Origin: Hormoscilla sp.
GTDB taxonomy: Bacteria; Cyanobacteriota; Cyanobacteriia; Cyanobacteriales; Desertifilaceae
NCBI GenBank assembly: GCA_051439505.1
Contig: JBFRWI010000217.1
Coordinates: 14,154-78,153, forward strand
Length of the DNA: 64,000 bases
Reading direction: 5' to 3'
In this document: positions 9,946 through 20,213 of the stretch, one piece after another
How positions within the stretch are numbered: position 1 is the stretch's first letter
Layout of the letters: each line of letters begins with the position of its first letter
The notes under the pieces: generated by a model
What the model was told of the DNA's origin: nothing
Databases searched by the model: none
Seen by the model: only the letters and a program-made list of their open reading frames with translations
Program-made: the position numbers and the translations under genes

Positions 9946-11010
9946 ATGCATATCCTATGGTTTAACTTGGCAACGGATGCTGATGACCCTATTTTAGGGT
10001 TTGCCACTCGTTGGATTACAGCTCTGGCAGAGCGGGTAGAATCTATTGATGTGATTACCATGCGATCGGGCAATATTAAAGTCCCCAAAAATGTCCGGGT
10101 TTACTCCGTTGGCAAGGAAAAGGGATATAGCGAACCCCGAAGGGCGATCGAGTTCTATCGCATTGTATGGAGGTTACTAGCAGAGCAGCATTATGATGCT
10201 TGTTTTGCTCACATGATGCCTCTATTTGCGGTGATGGCCGCGCCTTTTCTTCGCTTAAAAAAGATTCCTACCGTTTTATGGTACACCCATAAATCTGTAA
10301 CTCCAATTCTACGTTTAGCTACAGTTTGTGTCGATCGCGTGGTCACGGCTTCCAAAGAAAGTTTTCGGATTCCCAGTAATAAAGTTAGAGTAATTGGTCA
10401 TGGAATCGACACAGAACATTTTGTTCCTAAACAATATCGAAGTTCAAGGCAACGTCCTTTTACAATTCTGACCGTGGGGCGTCTGTCTCCCATCAAACGG
10501 GTAGAGTTACTGATTGAAGCGATCGCCTTATTGAGCGAAAAAAAGCCAGATATGTCTGTTTGCCTAAAAATCGTAGGGGGACCAGCAAGCGAGTCAGACA
10601 AACTTTATGAAGCTGAATTAAAGAATAAGGTGGAGCAGTATCAGTTGCAAGATACAGTGTTTTGGGCGGGAAGTATCCCCTTTCCCCAAGTCGTTGATTA
10701 CTATCAACAAGCTGACTGCTTTGTGAATCTTTCCGAAACTGGCTCGATAGATAAAGCAGTTTTAGAGGCCATGAGTTGTGGTGTTCCTGTTATCGCTAAT
10801 CCTGCTTTTACCGAGTTACTAGGTACGAAGTTGGCTAAGAATTGGACAATTGATTGGGATGTTGAAAAATTGCGCGATCGCCTCTTGCTGTTATCATCCA
10901 TGACTGAAATTAACCAAAATGAAATGACTACAAACCTGAGAAATATCGTAGTTAATCATCACAGCATCACTGGATTAGTAGAAAAGTTAATTGAACAATT
11001 TGTTACTTGA
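9946..11010 (+). CDS. GT4 glycosyltransferase
   Basis: VGRLSPIKR and GSIDKAVLEAMSCG. Confidence 0.9.
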   Translation: MHILWFNLATDADDPILGFATRWITALAERVESIDVITMRSGNIKVPKNVRVYSVGKEKGYSEPRRAIEFYRIVWRLLAEQHYDACFAHMMPLFAVMAAPFLRLKKIPTVLWYTHKSVTPILRLATVCVDRVVTASKESFRIPSNKVRVIGHGIDTEHFVPKQYRSSRQRPFTILTVGRLSPIKRVELLIEAIALLSEKKPDMSVCLKIVGGPASESDKLYEAELKNKVEQYQLQDTVFWAGSIPFPQVVDYYQQADCFVNLSETGSIDKAVLEAMSCGVPVIANPAFTELLGTKLAKNWTIDWDVEKLRDRLLLLSSMTEINQNEMTTNLRNIVVNHHSITGLVEKLIEQFVT

Positions 11011-11041
11011 AAAAATAATCAACATTATTTGAGAGGTTTTT

Positions 11042-11244
11042 ATGAAATTTAAAGAAGTTATTTACTGGCTATGGAAAGGCAAGTCGATCGTGTTAGGATG
11101 AACTAGATTATTCGCGAACGAGTCAAAATACAGGGTCGGATATTGGATTTGGGTGGAGGAGATCGACGGTCATATCGGCCATTGTTAGAATCTCAAGTAA
11201 CTGAATGGGTCACGGCTGATATTGTGTGCTTATGTACTACTTAA
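11042..11244 (+). pseudogene. Decayed methyltransferase
   Basis: MKFKEVIYWLWKGKSI, a frameshift, then RMN*IIRERVKIQGRILDLGGGDRRSY...VTADI. It parallels the N-terminus of 17989..18651. Confidence 0.65.
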
Positions 11245-11321
11245 CAGCCCAAAAATCATAAACTAATAAATTAGTGAATCTAATTATATTATTGGCGATA
11301 GGTTAGTTGGAGCCATCTATT

Positions 11322-11957
11322 ATGCATCAAAATACTTATTTTAAAAACAGCTACGACTACGAAGGTAGATTTGGGTCATATTGGCATCAAATTAATGAGA
11401 TTTTCACTTTAGTTAATCCTGGAAAAACCATTTTAGAGGTAGGGCCAGGAAACAATTTTATGAGTCACTATGTATCTCAAAGAAACATTGGAGTTGAAAC
11501 CTTAGATATCATAACAGAAACAAATCCTACATATGTTGGTACTGTCACTCAAATACCTTGTAAAGAAAACCAATTTGATTGCGTATGTGCATTTCAGGTA
11601 CTAGAACATCAGCCCTTGGAACTGCTTCAACTGAGTTTAATAGAAATGTTAAGAGTCTCTAAACAATACCTATTGTTTAGCGTTCCAGATGTGCGTTGGT
11701 TTCTGAGTCTGGATCTCAGAATTTTTTCCAGTCGTAATGCGAGCCGACAAATTGTCAGTTTTCCTAGACTAACTAACAGAGTCCTGAATGTTCCACAAAG
11801 TTCCAAAGACCATCATTGGGAAATCGGACGTCCGGGGTGTTCGTTAGCAAAAATTTTGAGGAAAATCGCAGCAGTTGAATCTCTCCAGTTACAAAAGCAT
11901 TACAGAGTTCCTTCAAACCCAATCCACCATCTATTTGTTATCTCAAAAAAAGTATGA
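11322..11957 (+). CDS. Class I SAM-dependent methyltransferase
   Basis: ILEVGPG, FDCVCAFQVLEH and HHWEIG. Confidence 0.85.
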   Translation: MHQNTYFKNSYDYEGRFGSYWHQINEIFTLVNPGKTILEVGPGNNFMSHYVSQRNIGVETLDIITETNPTYVGTVTQIPCKENQFDCVCAFQVLEHQPLELLQLSLIEMLRVSKQYLLFSVPDVRWFLSLDLRIFSSRNASRQIVSFPRLTNRVLNVPQSSKDHHWEIGRPGCSLAKILRKIAAVESLQLQKHYRVPSNPIHHLFVISKKV

Positions 11958-13162
11958 TTCCCCAACGACTGGTTTACATTGCAAATGCTCGGATGCCAAC
12001 CGAAAAAGCACACGGTTATCAAATTTGCAAAATGTGCGAAGCCTTCGCCCAGAACGGTCTGGAGGTGCTACTGGTGCATCCCGATCGCCATCAACCCAAT
12101 AGCAGTCTGCAAACTACCAGCGTGTTTGATTACTACGGGATTACACCCACATTTAAGATCCAGACGCTTCCTAATTGGGACGTAGTTCGATTGATTAAAT
12201 TTATTCCCGATCGAGCTTTTCCGCTGTTCTTTTTTACTCATGCTTTTTTGTGGGGATTTTATGCTGCCTGGATAGCTGGCCGAGAAAAAGCAGATTTGTA
12301 CTATACCCGCGACATTACTGTAGCTTTCTGGTTAGTGCGGCTAGGACTGCCAACGGTTTACGAAGCTCATGTGGTTCCCAAAAGAGGGCAACGGTTGCTT
12401 TTGCGTCAACTCACTCAAACTTCAGCATTGCAGCTTGTGGTCGTACTGACCTCATTTATCAAAAAAGAATTTGTAGAAATGGGGTTTCCGGCTGAAAAAG
12501 TTATCGTTCAGCCTGATGCAGTGGACTTGTCTCTATTTGCCGATTTGCCAGATAAACAAGAATGCCGAAAACCCCTCGGACTTCCCTTAGATCGTCCGAT
12601 TATTGGCTATATTGGACGCTTTCGCACGATGGAAATGGAAAAAGGCATACCGGAACTGGTAGAGGCAATGGCTCAGTTGCCACCTATCGATGGTAAAGAA
12701 CCTTTACTGTTGTGCGTGGGTGGACCAATGGAAGCTGTACCCAGTTATCTTGATATCGCTCATCGTTTAGGTGTGTCAGAACATCGCCTTCAGTTTGTCG
12801 ATCGCGTCCCCAATAATCAGGTGCCCCTTTGGATGCGATCGTGTGATGTGGTGACAATTCCTTGGCAATGGACGGAGTTTTCTGCTTATTTCACTTCGCC
12901 AATGAAACTATTTGAATATATGGCATCTGGAACTCCAATTTTAGCAAGTGATTTACCTGCAATTCTGGAAATTATCTGCGATCGTCAAAATGGATATGTA
13001 GTAAATTTTTCAAACATCAACAAAATCGCCAAATCCTTATTATATTTGCTGACGAACGATTTATTAAAAAGTCAATTATCTGAGAAAGCAGAACAAGACG
13101 TTCAAATGTTTACGTGGAATCATCGTGTTTCCACAATTATCAAAAAAATTAATAAATATTAA
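11954..13162 (+). CDS. GT4 glycosyltransferase
   Basis: ANARMPTEKAHG, EKGIPEL and SPMKLFEYMASG. Confidence 0.9.
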   Translation: MIPQRLVYIANARMPTEKAHGYQICKMCEAFAQNGLEVLLVHPDRHQPNSSLQTTSVFDYYGITPTFKIQTLPNWDVVRLIKFIPDRAFPLFFFTHAFLWGFYAAWIAGREKADLYYTRDITVAFWLVRLGLPTVYEAHVVPKRGQRLLLRQLTQTSALQLVVVLTSFIKKEFVEMGFPAEKVIVQPDAVDLSLFADLPDKQECRKPLGLPLDRPIIGYIGRFRTMEMEKGIPELVEAMAQLPPIDGKEPLLLCVGGPMEAVPSYLDIAHRLGVSEHRLQFVDRVPNNQVPLWMRSCDVVTIPWQWTEFSAYFTSPMKLFEYMASGTPILASDLPAILEIICDRQNGYVVNFSNINKIAKSLLYLLTNDLLKSQLSEKAEQDVQMFTWNHRVSTIIKKINKY

Positions 13163-13165
13163 ACG

Positions 13166-14503
13166 ATGAATGTTACTGAAGACCTTTGGTTTGAGCTAAC
13201 CCTAACAGCCGCGATCGGTACGATATTGACTGGCATGAGTGTCGTTTCTGCCAAAAGAGGCTACAAGATTGATCTGTTTTCACCTCCGATCATCCTGGCT
13301 ACCACAATGCTGATTCAATATTATGTTCCGGCCTTTGTCTTATCTATCAATGATTATTGGTTACTTCCTCATACGAAAAATATCAGTGCGATTATTCTAG
13401 ATACGATTTTTTTATCAGCGGTTTCCTGGTCATTTTTTTTAATTGGATATCATCTTAGTATAGGCAAAAATGTTTGGCTAAACTTTCCCTCTTGTTTTTA
13501 CAAAAGGTTCGATTTAACCGGGAGTTTTATTTTGGTAATTCTGGGACTCATCAGTTCTTTAATCGTTTTAATTAGGAGTGGTGGATTATTAGCCGTATCT
13601 AGGGCAGGATCTGTCACCAAAGGTACTGGAATTTTTGTATATTTGAGTTTATTAATTTTACCTGGGCAGATTAAACTATGGGTAGATAGTAAATATCAGA
13701 AACGCTTTTTTGTGATTGTAACTCTGTTATTTTATTTTATATTTTTGACGGTTTCGCAAGCAAGAGGAGGAGCTTTAAATTTAATGATTTATTTATTTAT
13801 TACCTCTTATTATATGTGGAATATACCCAATAAAACCGTCGGAATTTTAGCGATATTTTTTGCCGTGTTTATCATCGGATTTGGGGCGACGACCAGTTTA
13901 CTGACCTCTTCGGCTAATTATGCGAGTTTTTGGGATTTTTTGATTCGGGTTAATTCTTCTATTATGGCGAATATAACCATTACCATTGGCAGAAGTATTT
14001 CTCGATTAGAGCAGGTGGCAATTATTATAGAAGTGATCCCATACAAAATTCCGTTTTTTATGGGAGAACCGATGCTTATGTCTGTATTTGGACCATTTGG
14101 TAAATATATTTATGGAGAAAAATTTTATGATTGGCGAGTCATCTTAACAGGTTTAGCTTACTCAGGTAGCGATCGAATATCATCTTACAGTGTTTATTAT
14201 CAAAGTTTATCTTGGGACTATAACATGGGGGGAACTGCCGTAGGAGAGTTATATGCCAATTTTGATTGGATTGGGGTTTGGTTTGGCTGGTTATTATTAG
14301 GGATTTTAGGCGGAGGTATCTATGAGTGGTTTCAAAATCAAACCGTGCGGAAAGCTGCTCTTCCGATTTATCTGATGATCTTGCGAGTATTTTGGGGGAT
14401 GATCGGAGAAGGAATGGCACATATTTTTAATCTGTGGTTATTGCTGCCCCTGGTGCTGATGTTAGGTTGGGAGGATTCCCGGAAGGCGATGATGAGGAGA
14501 TAA
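13166..14503 (+). CDS. wzy: Wzy-type oligosaccharide repeat-unit polymerase
   Basis: Highly hydrophobic AT-rich multi-TM protein with GELYANFDWIG, located within a wzx cluster. Confidence 0.75.
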   Translation: MNVTEDLWFELTLTAAIGTILTGMSVVSAKRGYKIDLFSPPIILATTMLIQYYVPAFVLSINDYWLLPHTKNISAIILDTIFLSAVSWSFFLIGYHLSIGKNVWLNFPSCFYKRFDLTGSFILVILGLISSLIVLIRSGGLLAVSRAGSVTKGTGIFVYLSLLILPGQIKLWVDSKYQKRFFVIVTLLFYFIFLTVSQARGGALNLMIYLFITSYYMWNIPNKTVGILAIFFAVFIIGFGATTSLLTSSANYASFWDFLIRVNSSIMANITITIGRSISRLEQVAIIIEVIPYKIPFFMGEPMLMSVFGPFGKYIYGEKFYDWRVILTGLAYSGSDRISSYSVYYQSLSWDYNMGGTAVGELYANFDWIGVWFGWLLLGILGGGIYEWFQNQTVRKAALPIYLMILRVFWGMIGEGMAHIFNLWLLLPLVLMLGWEDSRKAMMRR

Positions 14504-14547
14504 ACCCTGATTTATTCAAGTGATATCCATTAAATTGTGCAAGCAAA

Positions 14548-15699
14548 ATGCAAAATTATCCATCAGTTCTTCATATTCAAAAGGTGGCAAATATTGCGGG
14601 TTCAGAAAACCACTTGCTGACCTTACTACCCAGGCTAAAAGAATCTGGATATGAACCGACAATGCTGGTTTTGACCGATCGCCATGACCATCCTAGTTCT
14701 TTTTTGAACGAGATGCAATCACTGGGAATACAAACTGAGGTCATGCCAATCTTAGGGGATCTAAATCCAAGACTTATCAGCCGTTTAGTGAATTTTATTC
14801 AACAAAAAAACTATGCGATCGTTCATACCCATTTACTACACGCTGATTTATATGGTGCCTTAGCCGCTAGACTCGCTCAAGTCCAGTGGGTGATATCCAC
14901 CCATCATAACGATGACAAATTCCGGAGACATATTCCTTGGAGGTGGGCGATAGCTTGGAATATGAAGTTAATGGATCGAGTAATTTGTATTTCTGAAAAT
15001 GTCAAGCAATTTAGCCAAAAAATTGAACAAATTTCCTCCAATAAAATTACAGTGATTCCCTATGGACTCAATCCAGATTCAGTGAAACAAGATCGCAGTT
15101 GGCTAGAAAAATTTGGCTGGAGCAATGATGTTCCCGTGCTAGGAATTGTAGCTCGTCTGACGGAACAAAAAGGACATACAACCTTACTTAAAGCGATGTC
15201 TGAAGTGGTTCGGCAATTTCCCACCGTTCAATTAGTCATTATTGGCGATGGAGAATTACGTCAAGAACTTCAAGAGTTAGTCAATCAATTAAGCATTGCA
15301 CAACAAGTGTACTTTCTTGGTTATCGGGAAAATGCCGCTGGGATGATGGCAGGATTTGATATATTCGTTCATCCATCTCGATGGGAAGGATTTGGCTTAG
15401 TTTTCCTAGAAGCGATGACAGCGAGTTTACCAATTGTGGCCACGCAAGTTGGTTCTATCCCAGAAATTGTTCGTCAGGGTGAAACAGGATTGTTAGTACC
15501 CGTAGACGATCCGACTGCTTTAGCTCATGCCATTTGTCGGCTGTTGAGCGATCGCACTTTAGCCCGGAAAATGGGTCGAACTGGTCGCGATCGCTTAGAG
15601 AAAAATTTTACTGTTGCTGCAATGGTCGAGCGCACTTGCAGGCTGTATAAACATCTGGCGTTGCACAACGACGGGATGATGAGGGCTGCTAATTGCTAA
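14548..15699 (+). CDS. GT4 glycosyltransferase
   Basis: EQKGH and PSRWEGFGLVFLEAM. Confidence 0.9.
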   Translation: MQNYPSVLHIQKVANIAGSENHLLTLLPRLKESGYEPTMLVLTDRHDHPSSFLNEMQSLGIQTEVMPILGDLNPRLISRLVNFIQQKNYAIVHTHLLHADLYGALAARLAQVQWVISTHHNDDKFRRHIPWRWAIAWNMKLMDRVICISENVKQFSQKIEQISSNKITVIPYGLNPDSVKQDRSWLEKFGWSNDVPVLGIVARLTEQKGHTTLLKAMSEVVRQFPTVQLVIIGDGELRQELQELVNQLSIAQQVYFLGYRENAAGMMAGFDIFVHPSRWEGFGLVFLEAMTASLPIVATQVGSIPEIVRQGETGLLVPVDDPTALAHAICRLLSDRTLARKMGRTGRDRLEKNFTVAAMVERTCRLYKHLALHNDGMMRAANC

Positions 15700-16039
15700 T
15701 TGTCAATGGCTAATTTAGATAGTCATTTGTAGTCATAAGTATCTATTTTCTCTTTTTAATTAGCAATTAGCCAGAGCGCCAATTTTAACAATTGGCTGCT
15801 ATCATCCCAAAATGTGCAACGCAAAACATCTTTTATCTAACCATCACTAAACATTATATTCGCCCTCCCTACCCAACCGGGGGTTACTATGGGCATAAGG
15901 ATTTTAGTGTTTGGAATTTGTACAAATTATTACTGAGTTATTGTTATGTTGAATAAATTCGTTATCTCCCCTTTCCATAAGGCGGTGGTTTAACCTTCAA
16001 GCACTGTTTACACATCTATTAGGACAAAGTTCACCTACT

Positions 16040-17920
16040 ATGTGCGGTATTTGTGGTTGGATAAACCAACATCCTTTAATTAATGATAATCGCTCTATCC
16101 TAGAGCGCATGAACGCTACTCTAACTCATCGAGGTCCAGATGAAGGTGGTGCTGTACTGTTGGAAAACGCAGGGTTAGCCATGCGTCGTCTCAGTATCAT
16201 TGACCTGGCTACGGGACAGCAACCGATCGCCAATGAAAGCGAAACCTGCTGGATCGTTTTCAACGGCGAAATTTATAACTTCCTAGAACTACGTCAGGAA
16301 CTGGAAGCGAAAGGCCATTACTTTCGCACCCGCACGGACACGGAAGTTATTCTCAAAGCTTACGAAGCCTGGGGAACTGAGTGCGTTCATCTCTTGCGAG
16401 GGATGTTTGCCTTTGCCATTTACGATCGCCCCAAAAACCAGCTATTTCTCGCCCGCGATCGGGCCGGTCAAAAACCCCTCTACTACTACCAAGAAGCTAA
16501 CCGCTTCATTTTCGCCTCAGAAATCAAAGCGCTCCTCGCCCATCGGTCGGTTCCCCGCCGAGTTAATCGTCCTGTTATCCCCCTCTATTTGGCTTACGGC
16601 TATGTGCCTGCGCCGGATACGATGTTTGAAAAAATTTACGAACTCCCCCCCGGTCACGCCGCGATCGCTCGTTCCGGACAGCTCAGCATTTATCCATACT
16701 GGGATGTCAGCTATCCCAGCAACCCCGACAGACAACTGTCAGAATCAGAAATCATCCCCAAACTGCAAGGACTGCTCAAAGAATCAGTGCGCCTGCGCCT
16801 GATTAGTGACGTGCCTTTGGGAGCTTTCCTCAGTGGCGGTGTTGATTCCACTGCGATCGTCGCCTATATGGCGCAGTTGATGTCCCAACCCGTCCGGACT
16901 TTTGCCATTGGCTTTGCTGACGACCCCTCTTTCAACGAATTAGAATATGCTCGGATGGCTGCCAATACTTATGGCACCGACCACCACGAGTTTATCGTCC
17001 GACCTGATGCTATCGAACTGCTGCCCAAACTTGTCTGGCACTACGACCAACCCTTTGCCGACTCTTCAGCTATCCCCACCTATTTGGTATCCCAACTGAC
17101 TCGCCAGCAAGTCACCGTTGCTCTCACAGGCGATGGGGGGGACGAACTGTTTGCCGGGTACGAACGCTTTGCAGCATCCCGGTTAGCTGAAATCTACCGC
17201 CGCACTCCCAAGCTATTGCAAACCGCCCTCATTTATCTCCTGCGTAACTTACCGGAGTCTACTGGTTACAATAGCTTTGTGCGCCGTACCCGTCGTTTTG
17301 TAGAAAGCGCCCCCCTGCCTCTGGCACAACGCTATTTGGGTTGGGTGGGGATTTTTCAAACCAACTTTATTCGCGAACTGATGGCCGATCGCTTTGAATT
17401 AGATCTGGCGAGCCATTTTCAAACTTACCTCGTCGAGCCTGTAAGGGAATGCAACCCCTTGAGTCAGCTACTTTACGTCAATACGAAAACCTATCTGTCG
17501 GGGGATCTACTGGTTAAGAGCGATCGGATGAGTATGGCCAACTCTCTGGAAGCCCGTTGCCCTTTTCTCGACCATCAACTGATTGAATTTGCCGCCAGCA
17601 TTCCCGAAAATCTCAAACTCAAAGGACTCGCGACCAAGTACATCCTGAAGAAAGCCCTAGAAGGAATTGTGCCCTCCCATATTATTCATCGCCAAAAACA
17701 TGGATTTGGCGTGCCGATCGGTCGTTGGTTCCGGACTGACCTCAAAGATTACGTACCAGAGCTCCTCCTTTCTGGAGATTCCCTGAACCGAGGTTATTTC
17801 CGACCGGAATTTCTGAGGCAACTCATTGACGAACATCAGAGCGGAAAATGCGATCGGGCTCATCAATTGTGGACTTTGCTCACTTTGGAAATTTGGCATC
17901 GTCTTTTCATAGATAGCTAG
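16040..17920 (+). CDS. asnB: Asparagine synthase (glutamine-hydrolysing) family amidotransferase
   Basis: MCGI N-terminal nucleophile, HRGPD, RRLSIID, FNGEIYN, LSGGVDS and GDGGDELFAGY. The context suggests sugar amidation. Confidence 0.92.
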   Translation: MCGICGWINQHPLINDNRSILERMNATLTHRGPDEGGAVLLENAGLAMRRLSIIDLATGQQPIANESETCWIVFNGEIYNFLELRQELEAKGHYFRTRTDTEVILKAYEAWGTECVHLLRGMFAFAIYDRPKNQLFLARDRAGQKPLYYYQEANRFIFASEIKALLAHRSVPRRVNRPVIPLYLAYGYVPAPDTMFEKIYELPPGHAAIARSGQLSIYPYWDVSYPSNPDRQLSESEIIPKLQGLLKESVRLRLISDVPLGAFLSGGVDSTAIVAYMAQLMSQPVRTFAIGFADDPSFNELEYARMAANTYGTDHHEFIVRPDAIELLPKLVWHYDQPFADSSAIPTYLVSQLTRQQVTVALTGDGGDELFAGYERFAASRLAEIYRRTPKLLQTALIYLLRNLPESTGYNSFVRRTRRFVESAPLPLAQRYLGWVGIFQTNFIRELMADRFELDLASHFQTYLVEPVRECNPLSQLLYVNTKTYLSGDLLVKSDRMSMANSLEARCPFLDHQLIEFAASIPENLKLKGLATKYILKKALEGIVPSHIIHRQKHGFGVPIGRWFRTDLKDYVPELLLSGDSLNRGYFRPEFLRQLIDEHQSGKCDRAHQLWTLLTLEIWHRLFIDS

Positions 17921-17988
17921 AGCTTGGTCTGTGAAACCGGGTTTCTTTTGGGGGAAATACCGATATAAAGTTTAGCACCTCACGAGAT

Positions 17989-18651
17989 ATGAATTATCGT
18001 CAAGTTATCGTTGAATTTGCTTCAGGAAAAAGTGTTTGGCGCTCGTTTATGAATGCAGAAGTGCAGTCAGGATTACAGTTGCGATCGCCTGTTTTGGATC
18101 TTGGTTCTGGAGAAATTGGATCTGCAAGCTACCACCGGCTCATTCCGGAATTTCACAAGTACAAAGTTGATTCGGTAGATATCAGTGCTGAAAAGAAGCC
18201 CACCAAAGTTGCAGATATCCAACAAGGTATTCCTTTTGACCTTTTTCACCGCTGTCTTGCTTTTAACATTTTTGAACATATATATGACTTTGAGAAGGTA
18301 TTCCAGGAAATTTTTCGAGTGCTAGCTCCCCAGGGTATACTATATATAGCTGTACCGTTTTTGTTACGAGTACATGGCGATCCAAGTGATTACTTTCGTT
18401 ACACAAAGTTTGCTTTAGAGAGTAGCTTGTCGAATGTAGGTTTCGTTGAAATTAAAGCTAAACCCTGTGGAGGTGGCGCAGTGACAGCAGCTTTGGCTCA
18501 AATTGATTTTCTGATTCCCACCCCATTTCGTAGTAGTGCTTTACAAATTTCCCTAGCACTTGACAAACAGATAACAAAGCGATCTGGTGGGAGGTATCGC
18601 AATGCAAATGACTACCCGATTGGTTATTTAGTCAGTGCAATAAAACCATAA
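17989..18651 (+). CDS. Class I SAM-dependent methyltransferase
   Basis: VLDLGSG, FNIFEH and VHGDPSDYFRYT. Confidence 0.85.
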   Translation: MNYRQVIVEFASGKSVWRSFMNAEVQSGLQLRSPVLDLGSGEIGSASYHRLIPEFHKYKVDSVDISAEKKPTKVADIQQGIPFDLFHRCLAFNIFEHIYDFEKVFQEIFRVLAPQGILYIAVPFLLRVHGDPSDYFRYTKFALESSLSNVGFVEIKAKPCGGGAVTAALAQIDFLIPTPFRSSALQISLALDKQITKRSGGRYRNANDYPIGYLVSAIKP

Positions 18652-18688
18652 AAATTGGATGTTTAGTGATGTATTTTTGGGAAGATTA

Positions 18689-19792
18689 ATGAACAGCAAG
18701 TATTCGATGGCTTTATTCCTCTTCTCACTGGCTCTAATTACCTGCGCGATCGTAGTAGCATGTAACTCGCCCACTCCTTCAGTGAAGCCGGCCCTGAACC
18801 AGAATGCCAAAATTATCGAGTGGGGTTGGGGGACGCCGACACCAACTTATGTCAGAGATCGCATCCAAGAGATGGAACGATTTCCCTTTGACGGTCTAGT
18901 TCTAGACTTAAAATCAAATAGCGGTCCCGATGACACCCGTGGTCGCTTTAGTTGGAATGTCTGGGGCGATCGCCTTTTGGATCTTGATGATTACTCAGAG
19001 TCCTTTGCCGCTTTACAGAATAGCAACTTTAGTAAGTTTACTGACAACTTTTTAAGATTTAATGTGGTTCCAGGGCGGATAGACTGGTATGATGATAATT
19101 TAAAGTCAGTCATTGCTAATGCTCAACTGGCTGCCAAAATTGCCAAATCAGGCAATTTAAGAGGAATTCTCTTAGATGTGGAACAATATCAAGGCAAGCC
19201 TTTCCATTATCCGGAGCAACCACAGCATCGGGATTATAGCTTCGCCGACTATCAACAACAGGTAAGACAGCGGGGACGAGAGTTCATGCAGGCTATTAAT
19301 GCTGTTTATCCTGATATCAACATCCTGCTGACCTTTGGATACCACATTGCCTACTCTCGGGGCAAACCTCGAAAAACTGCTGCTTACGGTCTTTTGCCGT
19401 CGTTTTTGGATGGTATGCTAGAAGCCGCCGCCCCTCGTACCCTGATTTTTGATGGCTGGGAATTTGCTTATCCCTACAAGCAAGAGAAACAGTTCCGGGA
19501 TGCCTATAACTTAATGCATAAACGCGGGTTAGAAAGAACCCAGGTGCAACAGGAATATATCGATCATTATCGCGCTAGTTTTGGTTTATGGTTGGATAAT
19601 GGTCGGGTTTGGCAGCAAGATAATTTTACCAAAAACTATTTTACCCCCCAGCAGTTTGAAAATTCTGTGGGCTTGGCTCTCAAATATACCGATCGCTACG
19701 TCTGGATTTATTCGGAAAAAGCCCGCTGGTGGGACAATAGGGTGCCGCAACCCTATATCGATGCCTTAAGGAAAGCTCGCGATCGGGGTTGA
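18689..19792 (+). CDS. Exported/lipoprotein of unknown function, possibly a glycoside-hydrolase-like barrel
   Basis: Hydrophobic signal with VVAC lipobox-like site, aromatic-rich sequence and GILLDVEQY. The start may be 18659 or 18689. Confidence 0.55.
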   Translation: MNSKYSMALFLFSLALITCAIVVACNSPTPSVKPALNQNAKIIEWGWGTPTPTYVRDRIQEMERFPFDGLVLDLKSNSGPDDTRGRFSWNVWGDRLLDLDDYSESFAALQNSNFSKFTDNFLRFNVVPGRIDWYDDNLKSVIANAQLAAKIAKSGNLRGILLDVEQYQGKPFHYPEQPQHRDYSFADYQQQVRQRGREFMQAINAVYPDINILLTFGYHIAYSRGKPRKTAAYGLLPSFLDGMLEAAAPRTLIFDGWEFAYPYKQEKQFRDAYNLMHKRGLERTQVQQEYIDHYRASFGLWLDNGRVWQQDNFTKNYFTPQQFENSVGLALKYTDRYVWIYSEKARWWDNRVPQPYIDALRKARDRG

Positions 19793-19844
19793 CAAGTTGG
19801 TGCGTCCCCGGATATGCTGGAACTGAATATGCCATACTTAAAAC

Positions 19845-20213
19845 ATGGAAATTCAACAGAAACATATCGACTACTGGCGTCGCCGTCAGAGGCAACAGCA
19901 GGCACAAAGTCAGCAAATGGCACGGCAAGCACGGGCGGCTGTAGAAGCGATCGTCCAAGTCTTAGTCAGTGAGTTTGGGGCCCAGCAAATTATCCTGTTT
20001 GGGTCCTTAGTGCGGGGAGGTTTTGCACTGGGGTCGGATATCGATCTGGCAGTCGCTGGCATCCGCAAGGATGACTATTTTGCTGCTTTGGCAGCGGCGA
20101 ATCGCCTGACGCCGCTATGGGTGGATTTGAAACCCTTGGAAGATCTGGATCCTCACTTTCGCCAGCGCGTACTCGAAACAGGAGAATTTATCTATGAAGC
20201 AGATGTCGGCTAG
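19845..20213 (+). CDS. Minimal nucleotidyltransferase (MNT) antitoxin
   Basis: LFGSLVRG...SDIDLAV motif. Confidence 0.88.
   Translation: MEIQQKHIDYWRRRQRQQQAQSQQMARQARAAVEAIVQVLVSEFGAQQIILFGSLVRGGFALGSDIDLAVAGIRKDDYFAALAAANRLTPLWVDLKPLEDLDPHFRQRVLETGEFIYEADVG

Noticed and set aside
16040..17920. Lasso-peptide cyclase
   Set aside because: It has an intact Cys-initiated glutaminase domain and glycan-cluster context, with no precursor or B protein.
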